From Nitrospirota bacterium (GTDB lineage Bacteria; Nitrospirota; UBA9217), in assembly GCA_963749655.1 (NCBI GenBank), contig CAVVOB010000021.1, forward strand, positions 50,786-114,785: DNA of 64,000 nucleotides. The letters run 5' to 3'. Positions 10,093 through 19,212 of the stretch are shown in pieces. The notes beneath the pieces are model-generated. The model ran no database searches. It had not been told where the DNA came from and saw nothing but the letters and a program-made list of their open reading frames with translations. Both the position numbers and the translations under genes were made by a program. Within the stretch, counting starts at the first letter, position 1. Every line of letters starts with the position of its first letter.

Positions 10093-10308
10093 TTACGACG
10101 GCACAGGCCGGAGCGCCCTGCATAGGAAGCAGGCGTCCTCACCCGGTCTGGCCGCCGGGCTCGTTTGTGTTGCTGACCAGCAACATCAGGTCTTTCAGCC
10201 TTTTCATTTGTGACAAAACAGGCCGGGGCTCGATTTGGCCCGCTCTTTCAGGGCCTTCCAATATGCGGCTTCCTTGAGAAGGACCTCCCTGCTCACATTC
10301 TTCTTCAT
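10093..10308 (-). CDS. Putative selenocysteine-containing RiPP precursor peptide with three in-frame TGA codons (40 aa if the third TGA is the stop, 71 aa if all are read through)
   Basis: SD GGAGGTG 8 nt before ATG 10308. Translation is MKKNVSREVLLKEAAYWKALKERAKSSPGLFCHK*KG*KT*CCWSATQTSPAARPGEDACFLCRALRPVPS-TAA. TGAs at 10206, 10197 and 10188. A SECIS-like hairpin follows, and the TAA lies 32 nt upstream of the rSAM/SPASM gene. Confidence 0.7.
10141..10185 (-). promoter_or_regulatory. Candidate bacterial SECIS element(s)
   Basis: Perfect stem UGUUGCU-GGUC-AGCAACA (10185-10168), similar to the E. coli fdhF minihelix GGUUGCAGGUCUGCACC. Second hairpin GCCCGG-CGGCCAGA-CCGGGU (10160-10141). Confidence 0.62.
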
Positions 10309-10343
10309 CCGGTTCTCACCTCCCTTCGCTCCGCATAAAATAA

Positions 10344-10352
10344 AGCATAGCA
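10344..10352 (-). promoter_or_regulatory. Possible extended -10 promoter for the peptide/rSAM unit
   Basis: TG-C-TATGCT on the minus strand, ~35 nt upstream of the peptide ATG. Confidence 0.35.
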
Positions 10353-10407
10353 TATTCCGGCAGTGCCGGACGACAGTCGCAGATACTCACCGCGCAGGAC
10401 TTGATTC

Positions 10408-11169
10408 TCAGGGATGGGCGACAGGCCGTCGTGTAAGCAGAGCTGCGGCTTCGCGATCGATCATCCACGTGACCGTGCCGCGCTCCGGCTTTACGAGCCC
10501 GGCAGGACAGCGTTTCGGATTGCCGTCTTCGAGGATCTCGTGCAGCACAGCCGCCTTTGCGCTGCCCGAGAGGAGGTACAGGACCTTTGCCGCATGGTTC
10601 AGGACCGGGAGCGTCAATGACACACGGTTCAGGTCCGGCGGTTCACGGAAGACGGGAACGGCAAGCCGCGTTCGTTCGCGCAGTGCCGGCGATCCGGGAA
10701 ACAGGGACGCTGTATGACCGTCTGCGCCAGCGCCGAGAAGGACGAGATCGAACACGGGGTAGCTTCCCTTGCCGAAATAGGAAGACAGGGACACCTCGTA
10801 CTCCCGGGCCGCTGCTTCCGGGTCCGCTTCTCCGCGGATCCGGTGTATGTTTCCTTCCGGGATCATGACCTCGTCGAGCAGCGTTCTCTTCAGCATCCCG
10901 AAATTGCTGTTCCGGTCGCCAGGGGGCACGCACCGCTCATCGGTCCAAAAAAGGTGAAGCGAGGACCAGTCGATGCGTGCGCGGTAGGGGTCCGCAGCAA
11001 GGATGCTGAAAAGCCGTTTCGGCGTCGTTCCGCCGGACAGCGCAACGGCGACTCCACGCGCTGGTTTGTCCTTCTGCTCCGAGCAGGAAACGACAACATC
11101 GGCAGCCGCGCTGCTCAGGTCCTCGATGCTGTCGTAGACGCGCACCGCGGGATGTTCATCCTTCCTCAC
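10408..11169 (-). CDS. pgl: 6-phosphogluconolactonase
   Basis: [39 protein letters not shown]. Start overlaps the zwf stop. Confidence 0.95.
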   Translation of the reverse strand: MRKDEHPAVRVYDSIEDLSSAAADVVVSCSEQKDKPARGVAVALSGGTTPKRLFSILAADPYRARIDWSSLHLFWTDERCVPPGDRNSNFGMLKRTLLDEVMIPEGNIHRIRGEADPEAAAREYEVSLSSYFGKGSYPVFDLVLLGAGADGHTASLFPGSPALRERTRLAVPVFREPPDLNRVSLTLPVLNHAAKVLYLLSGSAKAAVLHEILEDGNPKRCPAGLVKPERGTVTWMIDREAAALLTRRPVAHP

Positions 11170-12740
11170 AGCTGTCTCCAGGACCGGCCGTCCCGCCCGA
11201 TCAGCTGCTGCGCAACCGAAGGCCCGGCAGTGCCGGCGGCATAACGGGGAATGGTTGCTGCCGTGAGCGAGGCATCGAGTTTCTCGATCGCCGGCGAGAG
11301 GATCGCCCAGGACCGCTCCACATCATCCTCGCGGGTGAAGAGCATATGGTCGCCCTGCATGCAGTCCAGGAGCACCCATTCGTAGGCATCGAGCTCCACG
11401 TCCCGCGGATAGGAGTAGTCCATTACCACGGGAGCCAGGCAGACCTTCGTACCCGGCAGCTTTGCCTGGAAAATGAGGCTCATTCCGTCGTCGGGCTGCA
11501 CCCTGAGCACTAGGACGTTGGGCTCGATGGGTCCCTCTACCGTAGGAGGAAAGAGGAAGTGCGGGACCTGGCGGTAGTGGATCGAGATCTCGGTTATGCG
11601 ACGGGGAAGCCGCTTGCCCGAACGAAGATAAAAGGGCACGCCGTTCCAGCGCCAGTTGTCGATCAATATTTTCATGGCCGCGAACGTGGGGGTCTTTGAT
11701 TGGGACGATACACCCTGCTCCTCGCGGTAGCCCGGCACGGACGCGCCCTGGATGGCACCGCGGTCGTACTGGCCCACGGCGATGAATTCGTCCAGCTTGT
11801 CCGCGGGGAAGGGGCGGATGGAGCGGAACACCTTGATCTTTTCATCCCGCACCCGGTCCGCCTCGAAACCTGCCGGCGGCTCCATGGCCGTGAGCGCGAG
11901 CAGCTGAAACATGTGGTTCTGGAACATGTCGCGGATCACACCGGCATCCTCGTAGTAGCCGGCGCGGTGCTCGATGCCGAGGGTCTCGGCGGCTGTGATC
12001 TGCACGTGGTCGATGTAGCGCCTGTTCCAGAGGGGCTCGAAGATCGAGTTTGCGAAGCGGAACATCAGGATGTTCTGGACCGTTTCCTTCGCAAGATAAT
12101 GATCGATGCGGTAGATCTGACTTTCCTTGTAGTAGGTATGCATGAGCGCATTCAGCTTACGGGCCGATGCGAGATCGCTGCCGAAGGGCTTTTCCACGAC
12201 CACCTGGCTCCGGCCTTTTTCCTCGCTTGCCAGTCCTGTGGCGCCGAGATTGTGGATCACATCCTCGAATACCGTGGGCGGGATGGCGAGGTAGAAGAGG
12301 CGGTTTCCGCCGGTCTGATGCTTCTTCTCCAGCTCCGGGAGCCGGTCCCGGAGGTCCCGAACATAGGAATTCCGGTTGCCGTAGTCGAAGGTGGAGTAGT
12401 ACAGCTGGGGGGCGAAAGCGTCCCAGGCCTTGGGGTCGAAGTCACGCGGCAGGGCGATCTTCACCGCCTCCTCCATGGCGGTCCGAAACTGCTCCGGGGT
12501 CATCTCGATCCGGCTCGTGCCAAGGATGAAGAAGTGTCCGGGCAGGATACGGTTCTTGAAGAGCCGGTACAGGGAGGGAAGGAGCTTTCTTTTCGTGAGG
12601 TCCCCCGATGCGCCGAAAATGACGATGCCCGCAGAACGCGGAATCTCCATGTCGCAGTTCCCGATGGTCCGGTACTCAGGCTCTTCCGGGGAGCTCCGCT
12701 CCAGCACCGCTTCACCGCCTTGTTTATCATGCTGCTCCAT
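11166..12740 (-). CDS. zwf: Glucose-6-phosphate 1-dehydrogenase
   Basis: [55 protein letters not shown]. Confidence 0.97.
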   Translation of the reverse strand: MEQHDKQGGEAVLERSSPEEPEYRTIGNCDMEIPRSAGIVIFGASGDLTKRKLLPSLYRLFKNRILPGHFFILGTSRIEMTPEQFRTAMEEAVKIALPRDFDPKAWDAFAPQLYYSTFDYGNRNSYVRDLRDRLPELEKKHQTGGNRLFYLAIPPTVFEDVIHNLGATGLASEEKGRSQVVVEKPFGSDLASARKLNALMHTYYKESQIYRIDHYLAKETVQNILMFRFANSIFEPLWNRRYIDHVQITAAETLGIEHRAGYYEDAGVIRDMFQNHMFQLLALTAMEPPAGFEADRVRDEKIKVFRSIRPFPADKLDEFIAVGQYDRGAIQGASVPGYREEQGVSSQSKTPTFAAMKILIDNWRWNGVPFYLRSGKRLPRRITEISIHYRQVPHFLFPPTVEGPIEPNVLVLRVQPDDGMSLIFQAKLPGTKVCLAPVVMDYSYPRDVELDAYEWVLLDCMQGDHMLFTREDDVERSWAILSPAIEKLDASLTAATIPRYAAGTAGPSVAQQLIGRDGRSWRQL

Positions 12741-13620
12741 AGACCCTCGCTTTCGGCTCGCTGATCAGGGCATTCCAGTCCGCGGAGAATTTCTCCATGC
12801 CCTTCTTCGTGAGCTCATGGTGAATATCGTAGTCTTGCCAGGGTTTGCCGAGGTCGATATGCCGGTACGCGATCGGCCTGAGGCCCCTGCTCTCGTAGTG
12901 GTAATCTTCACGGGGAACCGGCATGCCGGCCTCGCTCCATGTTTTCAGGACCTCATAGGGTGCGGTAATGATGTCCGACCCCAGCCTGAGGGCATAGAGC
13001 ATATGGTCGAGGCTGCGCACGCTCGCGGTAAGGACCTCGACGTGCCCGTCTCCGGCCGCGTACATCTCGAGAATATGGGCGATCAGGTCCATGCCCTCTT
13101 CTCCCCGATCATCGAGCCTGCCGACAAAGGGAGAAACGTAGACCTGGCCTTTTCGCGCGCCCCGCGTTGCTGCATACACTGCAGCGGCCTGCTCCTGGGA
13201 GAAACAGAGCGTCAGGTTCACCCGCATGCCTGCCTGCACGGCCTGCTCCGCCGCGTTCAAGCCCTCCCGCGTCGTCGGGAATTTCACGTGAGCATTCGCG
13301 ATCCAGGAGAACATCTCCTTTCCCTGCCGGAGCATGGTTTCAGCCCGCGATGCTGCGTCCGAGTAGACCTCCACGGACACCGATCCCCCGGGGATCAGTG
13401 CGGAGATTGAGGTGACGACTTCGCGGTAAAAAGCAAGAATCTCTTCAGCGCTGAACCTGCCGCCCGCTTCCAGACGTTTTCGCGCTTCGGGATTCTTTGC
13501 GATCAAGGTCGGATTCGTAGTCTGCCCGTCGAGAAACCCGAGCAGTTCCTTGATCGTCTTTGTTTCGTTCGGATCGCCTCCATCGAGAAATATTCTCGTT
13601 TTCAGATTCTTCGGTTTCAT
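12727..13620 (-). CDS. tal: Transaldolase family protein
   Basis: [50 protein letters not shown]. Confidence 0.9.
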   Translation of the reverse strand: MKPKNLKTRIFLDGGDPNETKTIKELLGFLDGQTTNPTLIAKNPEARKRLEAGGRFSAEEILAFYREVVTSISALIPGGSVSVEVYSDAASRAETMLRQGKEMFSWIANAHVKFPTTREGLNAAEQAVQAGMRVNLTLCFSQEQAAAVYAATRGARKGQVYVSPFVGRLDDRGEEGMDLIAHILEMYAAGDGHVEVLTASVRSLDHMLYALRLGSDIITAPYEVLKTWSEAGMPVPREDYHYESRGLRPIAYRHIDLGKPWQDYDIHHELTKKGMEKFSADWNALISEPKARVYGAA

Positions 13621-13763
13621 ACGCTCGCCTCCTTGTAAATTCAAAGGCCCCGAAGGCTGTTTCTAGGCTCAAGTTTCAAGTCTCAGTTTCAAGCTCCGGG
13701 CACCACGCATTCCTGCGTGCCCCTTGTCTTCATTTCGCATTCCGAATTCAAAACCATTACTTC

Positions 13764-14666
13764 TTACCCTTCCCGGCCCCCGACCTCATGGCCCCCGAAC
13801 TGATTGCGCAGCGCAGAAATGATTTTGCCCGTATAGCTCGGGTTTTTCTGCGACGAGATCCGGAAATCCAGTGCCCCCTCGATGATCGGCGCCGGGATCC
13901 CAAGCTCTCTCGCCGCATCCACCGTCCACCGGCCCTCGCCGCTCTGCGCCGCGGACCCTGAAATGCCGCTCAAGTCCTTCCCGTACTGCTCATAGGCGTT
14001 CTTGAGCCATCCCACGAGACGCGACTCGATCACGCTCCGGTGATTGTAGAGCTCGGCGATGGCGGAGAGATCGAGGTCGAAACCTGATGCCTTCATGACT
14101 GCAAAACCTTCTGCCAACGCCTGCATCATTCCGTATTCAATGCCGTTATGTACCATCTTGACGAAATGTCCGGCCCCGTGCAGGCCCATATATCCGTAGC
14201 CCCCTTCCGTCGCAAGATCACGGAACAGGCCCTCGCAGCGGCTGTAGGCAGCCTTCTTCCCGCCGGCCATGATGCACGCTCCGCGCCGCGCGCCCTCGGG
14301 CCCGCCGCTTACGCCGACATCGAGAAATTCAAGCCCTTTCCCCTTGAGTTCCCCTGCCCGGCGGATCGATTCCTTATAGGGCGAATTTCCGCCGTCGATG
14401 ACCGTGTCTCCCTTTGCGAGGTGCGGCGCCAGGTCAGCCAGCACCGCATCAACGGCCGTGTGCGGGACCATTATCCAGACCAGACGAGGGGCTTCCAGGG
14501 ACTGCGCCAGCGCCGCAACGGATGCCGCAGCCAGAGCTCCTTTTTTCGACAGCGCCTCCACGGCCTCCCGGCCCCGGTCGAATACCACAACCTGATGCCC
14601 CTTCTCCAGAAGCCGTTCGACCATGTTGAATCCCATCTTGCCCAGACCGATATAACCGAGTTTCAT
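13764..14666 (-). CDS. gnd: Decarboxylating 6-phosphogluconate dehydrogenase (short YqeC type)
   Basis: IGLGKMG, DGGNS, DVGVSGG, GAGHFVKMVHNGIEYG, LRNQFGGH. Confidence 0.95.
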   Translation of the reverse strand: MKLGYIGLGKMGFNMVERLLEKGHQVVVFDRGREAVEALSKKGALAAASVAALAQSLEAPRLVWIMVPHTAVDAVLADLAPHLAKGDTVIDGGNSPYKESIRRAGELKGKGLEFLDVGVSGGPEGARRGACIMAGGKKAAYSRCEGLFRDLATEGGYGYMGLHGAGHFVKMVHNGIEYGMMQALAEGFAVMKASGFDLDLSAIAELYNHRSVIESRLVGWLKNAYEQYGKDLSGISGSAAQSGEGRWTVDAARELGIPAPIIEGALDFRISSQKNPSYTGKIISALRNQFGGHEVGGREG

Positions 14667-14830
14667 CCCTGTCTCCTTAGATACATCAGACGTACTATAA
14701 TATTCCACCGCGAAGAGGTGTGGCCTGACTCGCGGGTTTCCATTCCGCATTCCAATTCCGCACTTCTCTTGCTTCATCCCCCGGTATAGCTGAAGGCGCA
14801 GAGATGTTTCGAGATGCTGTTCCGCACTAC

Positions 14831-14853
14831 GATTCCGGACAAGCCGGAATGAC
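14831..14853. repeat. REP-like palindromic unit
   Basis: GATTCCGGACAAGCCGGAATGAC: stem ATTCCGG/CCGGAAT with a GAC tail, as in GTCATTCC-type extragenic palindromes. Confidence 0.55.
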
Positions 14854-14937
14854 GACTTTTTACATCGCAAGTAATATTGTTATCATCACTTCCACAACAC
14901 AAAGCGCAATTAAAGCTTAACTGAAAATCTTCCCCCC

Positions 14938-15030
14938 AATTCGTGATAATTCGTGCAATTCGTGGTCATCACCCGTTTTTTTTCGGTTTCCATTCCGCAT
15001 TCCGCATTCCGCAATCCGCATTCCGCAATT
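14938..15030. repeat. Short tandem repeats (9-mer AATTCGTGn and 7-mer ATTCCGC)
   Basis: aattcgtgataattcgtgcaattcgtgg and cattccgcattccgcattccgcaatccgcattccgcaat. Confidence 0.75.
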
Positions 15031-15038
15031 GTTTCCTT

Positions 15039-15497
15039 TCATCCCAGCTTCGCCGCTTCCTGTTCGATCTTCTTTACTTTATTCAGGCGCCGCACGTGCC
15101 TTTCCTCTCCGGAAAAAGAGGCGCTGAGAAACACCTGCGTTATTTCCTTGGCGAGCTCCGGACCGATGACCCGTGCGCCCAGGCAGAGCACGTTCATGTC
15201 GTCGTCCTCCACGCCCTGGTGCGCGGAGAACGTATCATGGCAGATCGCGGCGCGGACCCCGGGAAATTTATTCGCCGCAATACAGGCGCCCACGCCGCTT
15301 CCGCAGAGGAGAATTCCCCGGTCTGCCCTGCCGTCGATCACGGCATCAGCCACGGCGCGGGCGAAATCGGGATAGTCTGCCGGTTCGCTGCTGTAGGTTC
15401 CCACATCCCTCACGATGTATCCCCGTCCCGTCAGCGAGGCTACGAGCACGCCCTTGAGCTCATAACCGCCATGGTCCGCACCGATAACGATATTCAT
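15039..15497 (-). CDS. rpiB: Ribose 5-phosphate isomerase B
   Basis: IGADHGGYELK, DYPDFA, LCGSGVG...AANKFPGVRAA, MNVLCLGARVIG, ERHVRRL. Confidence 0.96.
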   Translation of the reverse strand: MNIVIGADHGGYELKGVLVASLTGRGYIVRDVGTYSSEPADYPDFARAVADAVIDGRADRGILLCGSGVGACIAANKFPGVRAAICHDTFSAHQGVEDDDMNVLCLGARVIGPELAKEITQVFLSASFSGEERHVRRLNKVKKIEQEAAKLG

Positions 15498-15548
15498 GAT
15501 CCTGCTCTCTTTCCGGTCGGCTCCCGTCGTTTCCCGCGGCAGCCCGCG

Positions 15549-17294
15549 TCAGCAATAGAGGGGGTCTGCGCAGGTAAGCACCTGACTGCTCTTGCTTCCA
15601 CTCCGGAAAATCGTGATGCCCTTCACGCCTTCGCGATAAGCAAGAAAAAAAGCCCGACGCACGTCCTCCTGGGTCGCCTGCGGAGGAAAATTGATGGTCT
15701 TCGACACCGCATTGTCCGTGTGGCGCTGGAAGGCCGCCTGCATCCGCACATGCCACTCCGGCGCGATATCAAAAGCCGTCACGTAGAGACGTTTGACGTC
15801 GTCCGGCACATCAGTCATCCGCTGGATGGACTCGCCTGCCATGAGACGCATCTGAAGCGAGCTGCTGTAGAATCCTCTCTGCTTCGCCGTATCGAGGAAA
15901 TCCCCGTTGACCTCCGGAAGCTCCACGTCCCCAAGTACGTGCCTCGTAAAGAACAGTGCAAAATGAGGTTCGATCCCGCTCGAGCATCCGGCAATGATCG
16001 ACAGCGTCCCCGTGGGCGCCACGGTCGTGACGGTCGCATTCCGGAGCCTCGGCCCTCCCGGCGCGTCGTATCTGCTTCCCGCAAAATTCGGGAAAACTCC
16101 GCGCTCCCGCGCAAGCTCGGCGGACCGCTCCCTTCCCCGCTCGCGGACAAAGCGCATGACTGCCTCACCGGTCTGTAAAGCCTCCTCGGAGTCGTAGGGA
16201 ATGCCCAGGCGGACCAGCAGGTCGGCGAAACCCATGACGCCGAGCCCGATCTTCCTGTTGCCCTTGGCCATGCGGTCGATCTCATCGAAAGGGTAGCGGC
16301 TGACGTCGATGACGTTGTCCAGGAAGTGCACCGCCGTCGCGATGGTCCGTCCCAGCTTGTCCCAGTCGATTTCCAGCGAGCCGCCGCGATCCCTAATCAT
16401 GAGCCCCAGATTGATGGACCCCAGATTGCACGGCTCGTACGGAAGGAGGGGCTGCTCGCCGCAGGGATTCGTGCTTTCCATCTCCCCGAGCTGCGGCGTC
16501 GGATTGTCGCGGTTGATCCTGTCCAGAAACACCACCCCGGGGTCGCCGGTCTGCCAGGCAAGCTCGACGATCCGGTCGAACACCTCGCGGGCTCTGATCG
16601 TTCTTACGGCCTTCCGCGTCCGCGGGTTTATGAGAGAGATCGCGCCGTCCGCTTCCACGGCTTCAATGAAGCCTTCGTCGATTGCCACGGATATATTAAA
16701 GTTGGCCAGTTCCTTATTGTCTTTTTTCGCGGAAATGAACTCAAGAATGTCCGGGTGGTCAACGCGCAGAATCCCCATGTTTGCGCCCCGCCTCGCGCCG
16801 CCCTGCTTTATCACCTCGGTCGCCATGTTGAAAACACGCATGAACGAGACCGGGCCGCTGGCCGCTCCTCCCGTGGTCCGCACGGTATCATCCCGGGGCC
16901 GCAGCCTGCTGAAGGAAAAGCCCGTCCCGCCGCCGCTCTGATGGATCAGTGCCGTGTTCTTGACGCTTTCAAAAATAGATTCCAATGAGTCCTCGATAGG
17001 CAGGACAAAACAGGCCGCCAGCTGCTGGAGAGGCCGGCCTGCGTTCATGAGGGTCGGCGAGTTGGGCAGGAACTCCAGGTTCGCCAGAGCTTCAAAAAAC
17101 TCCTCCTCCGGTGAAGGTCGTCCGGCGGCTCCATGGTACTGGTGGTCTGCCGAGGCTACATTGCGGGCCACCCGGCGGAACATCTCGTCGGGCGACTCCA
17201 CCACCTTGCCGAGCTCGTCTTTTTCAAGATACCGCCGTGTAAGTACGGTGAGGGCATTCGCCGTCAGACGCGCTTCAGTGTCCTTCACTGTCAT
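15549..17294 (-). CDS. nrdJ: Class II adenosylcobalamin-dependent ribonucleotide reductase (short form, 581 aa)
   Basis: [69 protein letters not shown]. Confidence 0.93.
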   Translation of the reverse strand: MTVKDTEARLTANALTVLTRRYLEKDELGKVVESPDEMFRRVARNVASADHQYHGAAGRPSPEEEFFEALANLEFLPNSPTLMNAGRPLQQLAACFVLPIEDSLESIFESVKNTALIHQSGGGTGFSFSRLRPRDDTVRTTGGAASGPVSFMRVFNMATEVIKQGGARRGANMGILRVDHPDILEFISAKKDNKELANFNISVAIDEGFIEAVEADGAISLINPRTRKAVRTIRAREVFDRIVELAWQTGDPGVVFLDRINRDNPTPQLGEMESTNPCGEQPLLPYEPCNLGSINLGLMIRDRGGSLEIDWDKLGRTIATAVHFLDNVIDVSRYPFDEIDRMAKGNRKIGLGVMGFADLLVRLGIPYDSEEALQTGEAVMRFVRERGRERSAELARERGVFPNFAGSRYDAPGGPRLRNATVTTVAPTGTLSIIAGCSSGIEPHFALFFTRHVLGDVELPEVNGDFLDTAKQRGFYSSSLQMRLMAGESIQRMTDVPDDVKRLYVTAFDIAPEWHVRMQAAFQRHTDNAVSKTINFPPQATQEDVRRAFFLAYREGVKGITIFRSGSKSSQVLTCADPLYC

Positions 17295-17378
17295 GGGAAC
17301 GCCTCCGTATGTATATTTTACCACTCAGTGCTGCCAAAAGAGGCGTACCGGCACGACAGGGCCCGACGACGGGCGTCT

Positions 17379-18071
17379 TTAGTAGTAAAGGTCGAACAGG
17401 ATGAGGAATACCAGGCTTTTGGCGAGTTCGATCCAACCCGTAGTCCGGAGCCTGACCTGGTATAGGGTGACGGCGACAGCGATGTTGTCCAGGAGCGGCA
17501 GGAGAATGATCAGAGGGAGGTGCATGCCGCGGTACGCTGCGGCGCTCACGAGAACTGCAAGTAAGGTCAGAATTCGATGCCCTGTCGTTTTGAAGAGCAG
17601 GGCTTTGATCTTGAACACGCCTGCGGTGAAGTAGAAAACCACGCCCACGAACAGTCTCACATCGAGCCCGCCGGTGAGCTCGAATTTCGCCAGCACCGCC
17701 GCCAGGCTCAGGAGACAGAATCCGATCCATTCCGTCACGAGGGAATGCTCTCCCGCGTACACACTGGCCAGCAGGTAGGCGGCGGGAATGATGAGCAGGG
17801 GGAGAAGCCTGGGGATGTCATCCCCGAAAACGCCGATCAGGAGGAGCGATGCGGCAATGACCTGGCCCAGAAGCTGGAAGAATGCCTTTTTTTGATCCCT
17901 TTTCCTGACCCACGCCGTGAACGCCAGTTTGGAATTGACGAGCAAGCTCAGGGCGATATAAAGCGGCACCAGCGCCCACGAAAATGTGCGGCAGACCAGG
18001 ACGCCGATAAGAAAGGACGCTGCGAGGACGCTCCAGGAGCCGTATTCTTTTAATAGGTAGCTTTGTCTCAT
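17379..18071 (-). CDS. YwiC-like membrane protein
   Basis: N-terminal KEYGSW (xEHGAW-like) motif, multiple TM helices, C-terminal GWIE. Confidence 0.75.
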   Translation of the reverse strand: MRQSYLLKEYGSWSVLAASFLIGVLVCRTFSWALVPLYIALSLLVNSKLAFTAWVRKRDQKKAFFQLLGQVIAASLLLIGVFGDDIPRLLPLLIIPAAYLLASVYAGEHSLVTEWIGFCLLSLAAVLAKFELTGGLDVRLFVGVVFYFTAGVFKIKALLFKTTGHRILTLLAVLVSAAAYRGMHLPLIILLPLLDNIAVAVTLYQVRLRTTGWIELAKSLVFLILFDLYY

Positions 18072-18235
18072 CGCTATGAGTATACCACGACCCCGCCGGA
18101 CCGGTTATAAGTAAGGATCCATAGAGCGCCCAAGTGATCCTGTTGATCCTGCATGGAGTCCATTATCAGGGTGAAATTTTATTGCCGGAGGGGATGGGCG
18201 AAGGGGCCGCAGTCAACGCACAGCGTGTTCAGCTG

Positions 18236-19159
18236 CTATTCAAATCCGAGGTAGATACCGGCCCCGAGATAGGAGATTCTATCGTTGTAAAACTGACCGT
18301 AGGGCGTAAAGCCCTGGTAGTGTTCGGCGAGAACGCGGATATAGCGTCCGTTGCCCGCCGAGCTGTCAAACTGAAGTCCGGCCTTGAGAGAAGAGTTGAC
18401 GCTCCAGTTGTGCTGCTCTTCGAGCTTCAGGTCCAGCCCGGCGACCACTCTTCCCCTCCCCAGGGCAGGCCCGGAGCCGTAGTATTCCATACCGGTATGG
18501 ATTGTCATCGGTCTTATGTTGGTCGGCCCCTGATGGATGATGTAGTCTCCCCCGTAATAGAGGCGCCAGTTCCGCCATTCCTGCGATCTCAGCGCTTCGA
18601 TGGCCTCGAAGGAAAACTCGACCCGCTGAATATTATTATGCAGCAGGAATTCGTCGCCGAGATGGGAACTCTGGTGGTAAAGGACGACCCGGTAGGACTC
18701 GTTGTCCTTGCGGAAGCTGACGGGAAAACCGATGATATAGTCGGAATTCACCAGGTCAAAGGAAGGCGAATGAAGATTGAACTGGGCATGGATGGCTCCG
18801 CCGAAGTCCGACTGCCAGCTGTATCCTCCGGCGGTATTATTGTGGCGGTAAAGGCCGAACAGCTCTCCGAAGCCGCCTGCCGCGGTATAGAAGGTATCGG
18901 AGCGGTATCTGGATATGCGGTAACTGACGTAGAACCGCGGTTCCTTGGGGTCGGCAATGAGGGGGTAGAAAAGATCTCCCGTGGGAAGAAAGGTCGTCTG
19001 TTCCGCCTGGCTGCTCTGTGCGGCGGGCCGCAGCTGCCCGTCGGCTGCGGGACAGTTCGGCCCCGGGGGGGCAGCAGGCTCGGCAGCAGCGGTCCCGTGG
19101 ACCGCAATGCCCGCGCACACTGCAAGCGCCGCGCATATGATGGCATACTTGATGATCAC
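18236..19159 (-). CDS. DUF1207-like outer membrane beta-barrel protein (start uncertain)
   Basis: Signal peptide, PLIADPKEPRF, LVNSDYIIG, YHQSSHLGDEFL, G..PYGQF, aromatic C-terminal strand. Confidence 0.75.
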   Translation of the reverse strand: MIIKYAIICAALAVCAGIAVHGTAAAEPAAPPGPNCPAADGQLRPAAQSSQAEQTTFLPTGDLFYPLIADPKEPRFYVSYRISRYRSDTFYTAAGGFGELFGLYRHNNTAGGYSWQSDFGGAIHAQFNLHSPSFDLVNSDYIIGFPVSFRKDNESYRVVLYHQSSHLGDEFLLHNNIQRVEFSFEAIEALRSQEWRNWRLYYGGDYIIHQGPTNIRPMTIHTGMEYYGSGPALGRGRVVAGLDLKLEEQHNWSVNSSLKAGLQFDSSAGNGRYIRVLAEHYQGFTPYGQFYNDRISYLGAGIYLGFE

Positions 19160-19212
19160 GTCCACGCTGAAGAAAGGCGGGCTGCTTGTTTCTGAACGGT
19201 TCTCGTTAGCGG

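Noticed and set aside
10186-10206. Genome-wide TGA reassignment (Trp/Gly), or sequencing error, as the cause of the in-frame TGAs
   Set aside because: TGA terminates ordinary genes here (galE, nrdJ, pgl) and long genes have no internal TGA. The errors seen elsewhere are indels, not regularly spaced TGA substitutions.
10074-10207. Alternative ORF MKRLKDLMLLVSNTNEPGGQTG(TGA) starting at the ATGA overlap with the first TGA of the peptide gene
   Set aside because: It has no SD of its own and no Cys pattern, and it does not explain the three-codon TGA periodicity in the main frame. Not fully excluded without homologs.
14938-15030. Tandem repeats as a CRISPR array
   Set aside because: The units are 7-9 nt with no unique spacers, and there are no cas genes in the window.
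15497-15551. nrdJ ends TGC-TGA and is in frame with rpiB 17 codons later, suggesting Cys-Sec read-through or a fusion
   Set aside because: An in-frame arrangement is likely by chance, the linker is not protein-like, rpiB has its own SD-like sequence and ATG, and the downstream hairpin is a poor SECIS match.
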